A stretch of DNA of 64,000 bases from Candidatus Eiseniibacteriota bacterium (lineage in GTDB: Bacteria > Eisenbacteria > RBG-16-71-46 > CAZAMP01). Numbering within the stretch: the first letter of the stretch is position 1; every line of letters starts with the position of its first letter. The notes under the pieces are model-generated. The model was not told the DNA's origin. It ran no database searches and was given only the letters and a program-made list of their open reading frames with translations. The stretch is taken from positions 4,608,001 to 4,672,000 of the forward strand of contig OZ245046.1 of NCBI GenBank assembly GCA_965224245.1, in the 5' to 3' direction. Positions 47,794 to 56,441 of this stretch are shown here, piece by piece. The translations under genes were made by a program, and so were the position numbers.

Positions 47794-50679
47794 ATGAAGA
47801 CCCCGACCCCGACCCCGCGCCGTGCCCTGCCGGGCCACGGCCGTCGCCGCATCGTCCGCGGCGCGATCCGGGCGACGATGACGCTGTCCGCCGCGCTCGC
47901 ACTCCCGGCGTGCGACCAGTCGATCCCTCCGATCCCCGAGGCACCGGCGCCCCGGCCGCTGGCGCCGATGACGCTCGTCGACCGGAGCGTCCAGGGCGAG
48001 CGGGGCGTCTTCGGCGGCACGTGGTGGTACGACGCGGAGCCCCACTCGGTGCGCTACAACGACGCCTTCTCGAAGCTGAGCGTGTTCAGGTTCGACGACG
48101 TCACCGTGGATGCGATCGCCATCGAGCAGCCTTCCGCACTCGGTCCGCCGTTCGAGGGATACACCGACCGACTGGCCATCGCCGAGATCGAGGCCTACCG
48201 CCGCGACGATCCCACGTCCTACGTGCGCGACGACGGTGACCTCGCGCGCGCCGCCACCGTCACCGGATCCTCGACCGCGCCCGGTACGTCGATCGAGCGC
48301 GTTCACGACGGTCGCCTGATCGCCGAGGACGCCGACTCGACGGCGCTCTGGCGAACGATACCGGGGCCCGGCTCGCACTGGATCCGACTGGCGTGGGCGC
48401 GACCGACGACGCTGAACCAGCTCGTGTGCTACTGGCCGATCGTGATGCAGTCGGGCCGCTGGATCGGAGATCCGTCCGCGCACGAGGGGCTACGGCCCGA
48501 GCTCGTGCGGCTCTGGGCGTGTCGTGATGGATCGTGGACTCTCCTCTCGGCGACCGAGGAGGGACCGGACGCGCGCTACGATCGCTACTTCCTGAAGGAG
48601 CTTCTGGATGGAGCGGTCGCCCCCAGCTCGCGGCTCTCCCACATGGACCTGCTCTCCGACTGGCAGCACCTGGACGGACCGAGCCCGGGCGCGGCGGGCG
48701 ACTCCGAGACGCCGATCGGATCGGACTGGGTGATCGCATTGCCGCCGGACGCCGACACACCGATCCGGCTGGCCGCCGACGAGCTGTCCACGATGCTGAT
48801 GCGGACGTTCGGCGTGGAGACCGTGGTCGATTCGAGCGGCGCACACGACGCGGCGCACACGATCGCGTTCGGCCTGCTCCAGTCGCCACCGCCCGGATGG
48901 GAGCGCGCGGTCTCCGAGGCCGATCGCGAGCGCGTACGTGTACGGTGCGATCGAGCCGAGAGTCACGCCATCGTGACCACCCCCGAGCGTGTGTTCGCCA
49001 TCGGGGTCGACGCGATCGGCGTGCGGTTCGCCGCATGCCGGATCGTCGAGTGGCTCGAGACTCGTGGACTCCCGGCCCTGCCCCGCGGCGTCCGAACGTG
49101 GTCACCCCGCGTGTCCCCGCGGATCATGTCCGGGGTGTCGTTCGGACGGGGCGGTCCGGATCATCTCGGCTTCCCGGACGCGTACCTGTCGCTGATGGCA
49201 CGAAACTACCTGGACGCGATCTACCTGTTCCAGTCGATCCCGTTCCTGGACGTGACGCAGGTGGTGGGCTCGGAGCTGGCCGGCGTCATCGGCGACGTGC
49301 ACAAACGCGAGCGCATGCGTCATCTGATGGCGCGCGCGCGAACGCATGGGCTGGGCACCTACTGGTGCGTGGCATTGCCCGGCGCCTACTCGCCGAGCTT
49401 CTTCGAGCGGCATCCGGAGGTGCGAGGCGGCAACGTCGCCCCCCACGTCGTGTGCCTGTCCACGGAGCTGGGTGAGGCGCTCGTCCGCGAGTCGACGCGG
49501 CGCATCCTCGAGACGTTCCCCGACCTCACCGGTCTGGTCGTTCTGCGGAACGAGTTCTCGCACACCTGCGGAGGCCGCGCAAACTGCTCGAACTGCGTGG
49601 CCGAGACCACGCCGGCCACCGACCCCAATCAGCGAGTCTTCGCCTGGATCGTCGAGGAGGTGCGCGCCGCGGGGAGTGCGCTGGACGTGGTGGCCTTCGA
49701 CTGGCGCGCGGGCGGGCTGCCGGCGCCGGACCCCTCGCGCCTGCCGATCGAGGTGGACCTCTGGGTGCGTCCCGGACCGATCGCCCGCGAGACACCCGAG
49801 AACGACGTACGCGTCGTGCGTGTGGAGCCCGAGCTCGGGGCGCAGCTCGAAAGCCGCGGCGCGCGACGCGTGTGGGTCGAGGATCAGCTGACGCACGCGT
49901 TCCCGATGCACGCCGTTCCGGAGCTCGCCGTTCCTGAGCTGTACGCCGCGCGCTGGCAGGCGCTCTTCGACGTCGCGTCCCGCGACCGCGAAGCGGCCCC
50001 GATCGCGTTTGCCGGCGGCAACGGCAGCGGCTTCCTGCCCACGCCGATGACCGACTACGCGCTTCGAGAGCTGTTCTGGGAGACCGGCGAGTCGGAGGAC
50101 GAGAAGCTGGATCGCGTGGCCGCGCGGTGGTTCGGTCTCGAGGCGGTGCCCGCGGTCCGCCGGGCGTGGTGGACGTTCGCGGATGCGTTTCGCTCGCACG
50201 CGCGCTTCCCGAAGTACGTCTCGCGGCACGCGCTCCGCGAGCCGATCACGACCCTGAGCCCGGAGATCACCGCGGAGATGTGGTCGTCGCTCCGCCTGAC
50301 GAGCGCGGAGTGGGACGACGGGCTCGCCGCTCTGGACGAGGCGCTCTCGTCGTGCCCGCCCAACCGCCGCCGTGTCGCCGCCTGGAGCGAGGGCTTCGCG
50401 CGCGCGGTGAGCCTGTCGCTCCGGAGCCTGTGCAACGCGGCGGGGATCCGCGACGGCTGGGATCGCGGTCAGACGGCGGGATCGCGAGACGAGGCCGAGC
50501 GCGCCGCCCGGCAACGGCGACGCATGGTCGAGGCGGAGCTCCTGAACACGCGTGCCTACATCACGCTCGTGCACGATCGCAGCGAGATGCGCCAGCATCC
50601 ATTCTATCGCGACGCGTTCTCGCTACCGGTGCTCCTGGAGAAGCTGGCGACGATCGAAGCGGAGGTCGCGCGGCGGTGA
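47794..50679 (+). CDS. Large lipoprotein, putative glycoside hydrolase (discoidin-like + GH20/GH67-N-like + TIM barrel)
   Basis: LALPA-C lipobox; HWIRLAW; AADEL...ESHAI...AIGVDAIGVRFA; FFERHPE...VCLS. Confidence 0.55.
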   Translation: MKTPTPTPRRALPGHGRRRIVRGAIRATMTLSAALALPACDQSIPPIPEAPAPRPLAPMTLVDRSVQGERGVFGGTWWYDAEPHSVRYNDAFSKLSVFRFDDVTVDAIAIEQPSALGPPFEGYTDRLAIAEIEAYRRDDPTSYVRDDGDLARAATVTGSSTAPGTSIERVHDGRLIAEDADSTALWRTIPGPGSHWIRLAWARPTTLNQLVCYWPIVMQSGRWIGDPSAHEGLRPELVRLWACRDGSWTLLSATEEGPDARYDRYFLKELLDGAVAPSSRLSHMDLLSDWQHLDGPSPGAAGDSETPIGSDWVIALPPDADTPIRLAADELSTMLMRTFGVETVVDSSGAHDAAHTIAFGLLQSPPPGWERAVSEADRERVRVRCDRAESHAIVTTPERVFAIGVDAIGVRFAACRIVEWLETRGLPALPRGVRTWSPRVSPRIMSGVSFGRGGPDHLGFPDAYLSLMARNYLDAIYLFQSIPFLDVTQVVGSELAGVIGDVHKRERMRHLMARARTHGLGTYWCVALPGAYSPSFFERHPEVRGGNVAPHVVCLSTELGEALVRESTRRILETFPDLTGLVVLRNEFSHTCGGRANCSNCVAETTPATDPNQRVFAWIVEEVRAAGSALDVVAFDWRAGGLPAPDPSRLPIEVDLWVRPGPIARETPENDVRVVRVEPELGAQLESRGARRVWVEDQLTHAFPMHAVPELAVPELYAARWQALFDVASRDREAAPIAFAGGNGSGFLPTPMTDYALRELFWETGESEDEKLDRVAARWFGLEAVPAVRRAWWTFADAFRSHARFPKYVSRHALREPITTLSPEITAEMWSSLRLTSAEWDDGLAALDEALSSCPPNRRRVAAWSEGFARAVSLSLRSLCNAAGIRDGWDRGQTAGSRDEAERAARQRRRMVEAELLNTRAYITLVHDRSEMRQHPFYRDAFSLPVLLEKLATIEAEVARR

Positions 50680-50724
50680 ACGGTCCCGAGCCGGCCGGCC
50701 CCGCGCCGGCCGGCAAACGGGCGC

Positions 50725-51822
50725 TCAGTCCTCGAGCGCCCAGTCCACGAGCCCCCGGAGAAGCTGGCGGACCTCGTCCGGATGCCGCTCGGCGAACTCG
50801 AACAGCGCGGTGCCGATCCACGCCACCTTGCCGTGTCGGCCCAGAGGATCCGCGTAGCGGGTGACCACCGGCATGCCGTCGAACGGTGCGCCTTCGGTCG
50901 TGCCGCACGGGATGCCCTGCTGCTCGTACGCATACGCGTTGGGGATGTAGCGGTACAGCACCTCGAAGCCCGACTGCGAATACGGAAGCTCCGCGATCGC
51001 ACCGTTGGCCACGATGCCGCGCGGATTGTCGGCGCCGGACCAGATGTCGGCCCACAGCGCGACCCGGGTCGGATCGTAGCCGGTCGGCTCCGCGATCCCG
51101 GCCGGCAGGCCGGCCGCCAATGCCGCGGGCGTGGCCTCGAGGCCGACGAGCCCGCCGCACGCCAGCGACACTCGCTGATCGGATCGCCCCACGCGATCGA
51201 GCTGGGTGCGGAGCTTCACGACGTCCCACACGAAGGAGCCCGGTCCGAAGTTCGGATCGTCGTAGAGAGGGAGATCCGGCGTGTAGGGCTCGCTCGGATA
51301 GAAGTCACCCAGCATCGCGCCGATCGTGCTTCGGCCCCAGATGATCACGTTTCCGCCGGCCCGGAGGTAGTCCGTCAGCACGTCGCCGAAGGGCGCGAAC
51401 GGGCTCGGATCGGTGGCGTGGCCCAGGACGCTCCCGCGGCCGCTCGCCGCGCAGTTCCACAGGAGAAGTCGGTAGCGAAGGAACGCCGTCAGATCCGGAT
51501 CCTGGGGCTCCGACACATCGATGCACGCCTCGAGAAGGCGGTGGCCCTCGAACTGAGGCACCTCGGCGCCGGGACGTACGTGACCCGCCAGCGCGTCGGC
51601 GATGATCGGCCCGATGATCGCGTCGTGCTCACAGTCGTCGAGCCCGGCGATGCGGAAGTCGTCCACCCAGAGTGCCGGCTCGCTGAAGCGAGCGGCTCCC
51701 TGCAAGCGTTCGGACGTCGCGTCCTCGTCGGGCGCGGTGCTGGGGGCCGGACCGGGATCGTCGGCCGGCGCACAGCTCAGGACGAGCGCGAGGGTGAACG
51801 CGGAAAGAGAACGGATGCCCAT
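50725..51822 (-). CDS. Lipoprotein paralogous to the C-terminal domain of the 41730-44195 lipoprotein
   Basis: LALVLS-C lipobox; GGAGG RBS; shared ALWVDD...CEHD, PYTP...PNFGPG and PTGYDP blocks. Confidence 0.85.
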   Translation of the reverse strand: MGIRSLSAFTLALVLSCAPADDPGPAPSTAPDEDATSERLQGAARFSEPALWVDDFRIAGLDDCEHDAIIGPIIADALAGHVRPGAEVPQFEGHRLLEACIDVSEPQDPDLTAFLRYRLLLWNCAASGRGSVLGHATDPSPFAPFGDVLTDYLRAGGNVIIWGRSTIGAMLGDFYPSEPYTPDLPLYDDPNFGPGSFVWDVVKLRTQLDRVGRSDQRVSLACGGLVGLEATPAALAAGLPAGIAEPTGYDPTRVALWADIWSGADNPRGIVANGAIAELPYSQSGFEVLYRYIPNAYAYEQQGIPCGTTEGAPFDGMPVVTRYADPLGRHGKVAWIGTALFEFAERHPDEVRQLLRGLVDWALED

Positions 51823-52125
51823 GGTTCCCTCCGGGGTTGGGACTCGGATGGTCCGTCGCGGTGGGGACACCGCGAACCGCCTGGGAGGTGAGTAGATACT
51901 GTGGCATGTTGAACGACGTGTCAATACGGTTTGGCTACCGTGGTGCGGGGTCCGCGGAGGCGACTCGTCGCTTCCCCGGCCGCGCGCGCCGGTATATAGT
52001 CGTTGCTCGCATTATGGCATCGCTCGCGGCCCAGAGCCGCCAGCCGAGCCTCGAGAGCCGCCTCACCGGGATGCGCCGACCGAGCCCGACGAATCCCGTG
52101 ACCCCGATACCCTCCGGAGGTCCTC

Positions 52126-54399
52126 ATGCCGACGATCGAAAGCACCCCTGAGTTCGTCGCCAGCACATACGCGCGCATGGCCGAGAACCTCGCCGTCGTC
52201 CGGGGCCGCCTCGGCCGACCCATGTCGCTGGCCGAGAAGATCATCCTCTCGCATCTGGACGCGCCGCGAACCGCCGAGATCTCTCCGGGCGAGGCCTACC
52301 TCGAGCTCCGGCCCGATCGGGTCGCCCTGCAGGACGCTACCGCGCAGATGGCGCTGCTCCAGTTCATGCAGGCGGGACGATCCGAGGCGGCCGTGCCGTC
52401 GACCGTGCACTGTGATCATCTGATCCGCGCACACCACGGTGCCCACTCCGACACGCAGACCGCGCTCAACGAGAACAACGAGGTCTACACGTTTCTCCGC
52501 GACACGTCGGCCAAGTACGGGCTCGGATTCTGGAAGCCGGGATCGGGGATCATCCACCAGGTCGTGCTGGAGAACTACGCGTTCCCCGGTGGCCTGATGA
52601 TCGGGACGGACTCGCACACGCCGAATGCGGGCGGCCTCGGCATGTGCGCGGTGGGGGTCGGCGGTGCGGACGCCGTCGACGTGATGGCCGGCTTCCCGTG
52701 GGAGGTGTTGCAGCCGAACATGGTCGGCGTGTACCTCACCGGCGAGATGGACGGGTGGACGGCACCCAAGGACGTGATCCTGTGGGTGCTCGGTCAGCTG
52801 ACGGTCAAGGGCGGCACGAACCGCATCGTGACCTACTTCGGACCCGGCGCGAAGACGATCAGCGCGACCGGAAAGGGCACGATCTGCAACATGGGCGCCG
52901 AGCTCGGGGCCACCTGCTCGCTGTTCCCGTTCGACGACGCGATGGCCCGCTATCTCGAGGCCACGGGGCGCGGCGAGCTCGCGCAGCTGGCACGAGCGAA
53001 CCTGAACCTGGTCACCAACGACGCCGAGGTCGAGGCCGATCCCGAGCCCTACTTCGATCAGCTCCTGCGTCTGGACCTCTCGACGCTCGAGCCACACCTC
53101 GTGGGACCCCACACGCCCGACCTCGCGCGCGAGGTGTCCGAGATGGCCGGCGCGGTCCGGGAGAACGACTATCCGGATCGCGTGTCGGTCGCACTGATCG
53201 GAAGCTGCACGAACTCCTCCTACGAGGACATCGCACGTGCGGTCAGCGTGGCCGAGCAGGCGATCGCCCACGGGCAGAAGATGGCCTCGCCGCTGATGGT
53301 CACGCCGGGATCCGATCAGGTGTACGAGACGATCAAGCGAGACGGGCTCCTCGACAAGCTGGAGGCCGTCGGAGCGCGGGTGCTCGCGAACGCATGTGGA
53401 CCGTGCATCGGGCAGTGGCGACGCGACGAGATCAAGAAGGGCGATCCGAACACGATCGTCACGTCGTTCAACCGGAACTTCCCGGGTCGAAACGACGCCA
53501 ACCCGAGCACGCTCGCGTTCATGGGTAGCCCGGAGATCGTGATGACGTACGGCCTGTCGGGACGGCTCAGCTTCAACCCGTTCACCGACGCGCTGAGCGC
53601 ACCGGACGGTACCGAGTGGACGCTCGAGGCGCCGCCGAAGGCGCCGGAGCTGCCGCCGGACGGCTTCGTCACCGCCGATGAGGGCTACGTCGCCCCGGCG
53701 GCGGACGGCTCCGAGGTGACGGTTGCGGTCTCTCCGCAGAGCGAACGCCTCCAGCTGCTGGAGCCGTTCGCCGCACCGAACCTCGAGGACTTCCGCAACA
53801 TGCCGTTGCTCGTGAAGACCCAGGGCAAGACGACGACCGATCACATCTCGCCGGCGGGACCCTGGCTCCGCTATCGCGGCCACCTCGACAGGATCAGCGA
53901 CAACATGTTCACCGGGGCGATCAACGCGTTCGGCGGCGAGCGTGGCACGACACGGAACCTCGAGACCGGCGAGGGCGACCAGCCGATCCCGGCCGTGGCG
54001 CGTGACTACAAGGCCAAGGGTCTCCGCTGGGTCGTCATCGGGGACGAGAACTACGGCGAGGGATCCAGCCGCGAGCACGCGGCCATGTCGCCGCGCTACC
54101 TGGGCGCCGGCGCCGTGGTCGTGCGCAGCTTCGCCCGCATTCACGAGACCAACCTGAAGAAGCAGGGCGTGCTTCCGTTCACGTTCGTGGACGCGGCCGA
54201 CTACGACAAGGTTCGCGAGACCGACCGCTTCTCGTTCGATGGACTCGACGCTCTGGCGCCCGGCCGTACCGTGACCATGACCATTCATCACGACGACGGC
54301 AACGCGGACCGGGCGGTTCTGGCCCACACGCTGAACGAGGATCAGGTCGCGTGGTTCCGGGCCGGGTCGGCCCTGAACCTGCTTCGCGATCGGAGCTGA
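52126..54399 (+). CDS. acnA: Aconitate hydratase (mitochondrial-type AcnA family)
   Basis: DRVALQDATAQMA, HCDH, GTDSHTPNAGG, IGSCTNSSYED, NACGPCIGQW, SFNRNF, TTDHISPAGPW, GSSREHAA. Confidence 0.96.
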   Translation: MPTIESTPEFVASTYARMAENLAVVRGRLGRPMSLAEKIILSHLDAPRTAEISPGEAYLELRPDRVALQDATAQMALLQFMQAGRSEAAVPSTVHCDHLIRAHHGAHSDTQTALNENNEVYTFLRDTSAKYGLGFWKPGSGIIHQVVLENYAFPGGLMIGTDSHTPNAGGLGMCAVGVGGADAVDVMAGFPWEVLQPNMVGVYLTGEMDGWTAPKDVILWVLGQLTVKGGTNRIVTYFGPGAKTISATGKGTICNMGAELGATCSLFPFDDAMARYLEATGRGELAQLARANLNLVTNDAEVEADPEPYFDQLLRLDLSTLEPHLVGPHTPDLAREVSEMAGAVRENDYPDRVSVALIGSCTNSSYEDIARAVSVAEQAIAHGQKMASPLMVTPGSDQVYETIKRDGLLDKLEAVGARVLANACGPCIGQWRRDEIKKGDPNTIVTSFNRNFPGRNDANPSTLAFMGSPEIVMTYGLSGRLSFNPFTDALSAPDGTEWTLEAPPKAPELPPDGFVTADEGYVAPAADGSEVTVAVSPQSERLQLLEPFAAPNLEDFRNMPLLVKTQGKTTTDHISPAGPWLRYRGHLDRISDNMFTGAINAFGGERGTTRNLETGEGDQPIPAVARDYKAKGLRWVVIGDENYGEGSSREHAAMSPRYLGAGAVVVRSFARIHETNLKKQGVLPFTFVDAADYDKVRETDRFSFDGLDALAPGRTVTMTIHHDDGNADRAVLAHTLNEDQVAWFRAGSALNLLRDRS

Positions 54400-54431
54400 C
54401 GCCCGCTCGCCTCGTCTCCGGGAGGACGGGT

Positions 54432-55169
54432 ATGTTCCCACTACGTGACGACATCCCGTCCTACCGCCCACCCGTCGTCACCACGGCGATCGTCGTGGCC
54501 TGCGCGCTCGTGTTCGTGCTGGAAGTCCTGGCCGGGCCGACGCGCTCGGAGCTGGTGTTCACCTGGGGACTCGTTCCCGCCCGCGTGGTGGGTACCTTCG
54601 CGCGCGATCCGATCGACCTCATGGGGTGGCTCATCCCGTTCTTCACGTCGATGTTCCTGCACGGCGGCTGGTTTCACGTGATCGGCAACCTGTGGTTCCT
54701 GTGGGTGTTCGGCGACAACGTGGAGGATCGGTTCGGGCACGGACGGTTCCTGTTCTTCTACGTCTTCTGCGGTGTCGCGGCGGCGATCGTGCAGTTCCTG
54801 TTCGACGCGGGCTCGCGCATTCCGATGGTCGGCGCCTCCGGCGCGATCGCGGGCGTGCTCGGCGCGTACATGATCTTCTACCCCCGCGCGCGTGTGCTCA
54901 CGTTCATCCCGATCTTCTTCATCCCGTACCTCATCCGGGTGCCCGCGGTCGTGTTCCTGGGCATCTGGTTCGTCGAGCAGCTCCTGGCCGGCGGGATGTC
55001 CCTCGGCCGGGCCGACGGCGCCGGCGGCGTGGCGTGGTGGGCGCATCTCGGGGGCTTCGCGTGCGGCGCGCTCCTGGCGTTCCAGGAACGGGAGCGCGGA
55101 GGGCCCGGTCGCAGGCGCGTGGAGATCCACGACGACTGGCTCGACCGCCGGCGGCGACGGCGGTTCTGA
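54432..55169 (+). CDS. Rhomboid family intramembrane serine protease
   Basis: SMFLHGGWFHVIGN, GDNVEDR, GASGAIAG, AWWAHLGGF. GGAGG RBS. Confidence 0.93.
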   Translation: MFPLRDDIPSYRPPVVTTAIVVACALVFVLEVLAGPTRSELVFTWGLVPARVVGTFARDPIDLMGWLIPFFTSMFLHGGWFHVIGNLWFLWVFGDNVEDRFGHGRFLFFYVFCGVAAAIVQFLFDAGSRIPMVGASGAIAGVLGAYMIFYPRARVLTFIPIFFIPYLIRVPAVVFLGIWFVEQLLAGGMSLGRADGAGGVAWWAHLGGFACGALLAFQERERGGPGRRRVEIHDDWLDRRRRRRF

Positions 55170-55177
55170 CCCGGCGA

Positions 55178-55337
55178 GATCCGCGACGGCGAAAGAGGAT
55201 GCGGCCGGGGGACGCGGATCCCGGCGCTCGCCACGAGCGTCCCTCCCCAGAGCTCTCGTTCTGGTCGCCGGGATCCACGAAGACCTGCCGCCGGGGGCGG
55301 GCATACGCCCTTGAGGGCCATTGGACCCCCGTCGATC
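55178..55337. ncRNA. Candidate structured intergenic RNA
   Basis: Nested stems CGACGG/CCGTCG (55184-89/55329-34) and GGATCCCGGCG/CGCCGGGATCC (55216-26/55266-76), with inner hairpins. Confidence 0.35.
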
Positions 55338-55723
55338 AGAAGTATAGATGCTGAATCGACATCCTCAAAGTTAAAAACACTCTTGGCGATGGATGTATTG
55401 GATCACCCAACGATGAAACCTCCGTCCCTGACCAGGCGTCCTACACGTACGTTCGTCCGTCGCCGGCACCGCGACGTCCGACGCGGCGTGGACGGGCACA
55501 AGCCCCAGCCAAAAAACACGTTAGAGCGTCGGATCCAGGTGACTCCGGACGGTCGATCCGTGTCCCGGAAGGTCGTGATCGGGCCGCGCTTGCGGAGAGA
55601 CGTCCTCGTGGGCGACAGTTCCCGCGCGTCCGGCATCCGATCGAAACACACGAGGTACTCCGCGCCCTGGGCGCGTGGCGCCCCCGATCTCGCTGATCGG
55701 TGGCGCATTGGAGGTAAGGACCC

Positions 55724-56434
55724 ATGTTCTTCGATCCGCTCTGGCTCCTCTTGATGGGGGTCACGATGGCGCTGAGCCTCTGGGCCCAGGCCAAGGTGAA
55801 GGGCGCCTTCAAGAAGTTCAGTCAGTTCCGGACCCGCGGGGGGATGACCGGCGCCGAGGTCGCCAGGCGCATCCTGGCCGAGAACGGCATCTCCGACGTG
55901 CGAGTCGAGCCGGTGGGTGGTCGGCTCACCGACCACTACGACCCGCGCACGAAGGTGCTGCGTCTCAGCGAGCCGGTCTACGCGAGTGACAGCATGGCCG
56001 CCGTGGGCGTGGCCGCGCACGAGGTCGGTCACGCCATCCAGCACGCGCGCGCCTACGCGCCCCTGAACTTCCGATCGTCGTGGGTGCCGGTGGCCAGCAT
56101 GGGTGGCAACATCTCGATGATCATCATCGTGCTGGCGTTCTTCATGGGCGGCGCCGCGACCGCGGCGGGCTCTACGCTGGCCTGGCTCGGCGTGCTCCTG
56201 TTCGCGACGACGACCGTGTTCACGTTGATCACGCTCCCGGTGGAGTTCGACGCGAGCCGCCGCGCGCTCGTGACCTTGCAGCGCGGTGGCATCGTCACCG
56301 CCGACGAGCTGACCGGCGCCAAGAAGGTGCTGGACGCGGCCGCGCTCACCTACGTGGCCGCGGCGGTGGCATCGGTGCTGACGTTGATCTACTACATCTT
56401 CCGACTCGGTCTCGTGGGCGGTCGCGACGACTAG
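55724..56434 (+). CDS. YugP-like neutral zinc metallopeptidase
   Basis: LTDHYDP, AAHEVGHAIQ, TLPVEFDASRRA, AAALTYVAA. Confidence 0.92.
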   Translation: MFFDPLWLLLMGVTMALSLWAQAKVKGAFKKFSQFRTRGGMTGAEVARRILAENGISDVRVEPVGGRLTDHYDPRTKVLRLSEPVYASDSMAAVGVAAHEVGHAIQHARAYAPLNFRSSWVPVASMGGNISMIIIVLAFFMGGAATAAGSTLAWLGVLLFATTTVFTLITLPVEFDASRRALVTLQRGGIVTADELTGAKKVLDAAALTYVAAAVASVLTLIYYIFRLGLVGGRDD

Positions 56435-56441
56435 CGCACAC

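Noticed and set aside
44066-47797. 1243-aa plus-strand ORF
   Set aside because: Antisense shadow of the lipoprotein and propeller genes; Arg/Ala/Pro-rich with no motifs, typical of high-GC DNA.
52063-54471. 802-aa ORF antisense to aconitase (likewise 60273-62279 against typA and 12047-14386 against fadD)
   Set aside because: Mirror frames of conserved genes caused by codon bias.
55311-55754. 147-aa ORF in the intergenic gap
   Set aside because: No RBS or motifs, atypical composition, and it overlaps the yugP-like start.
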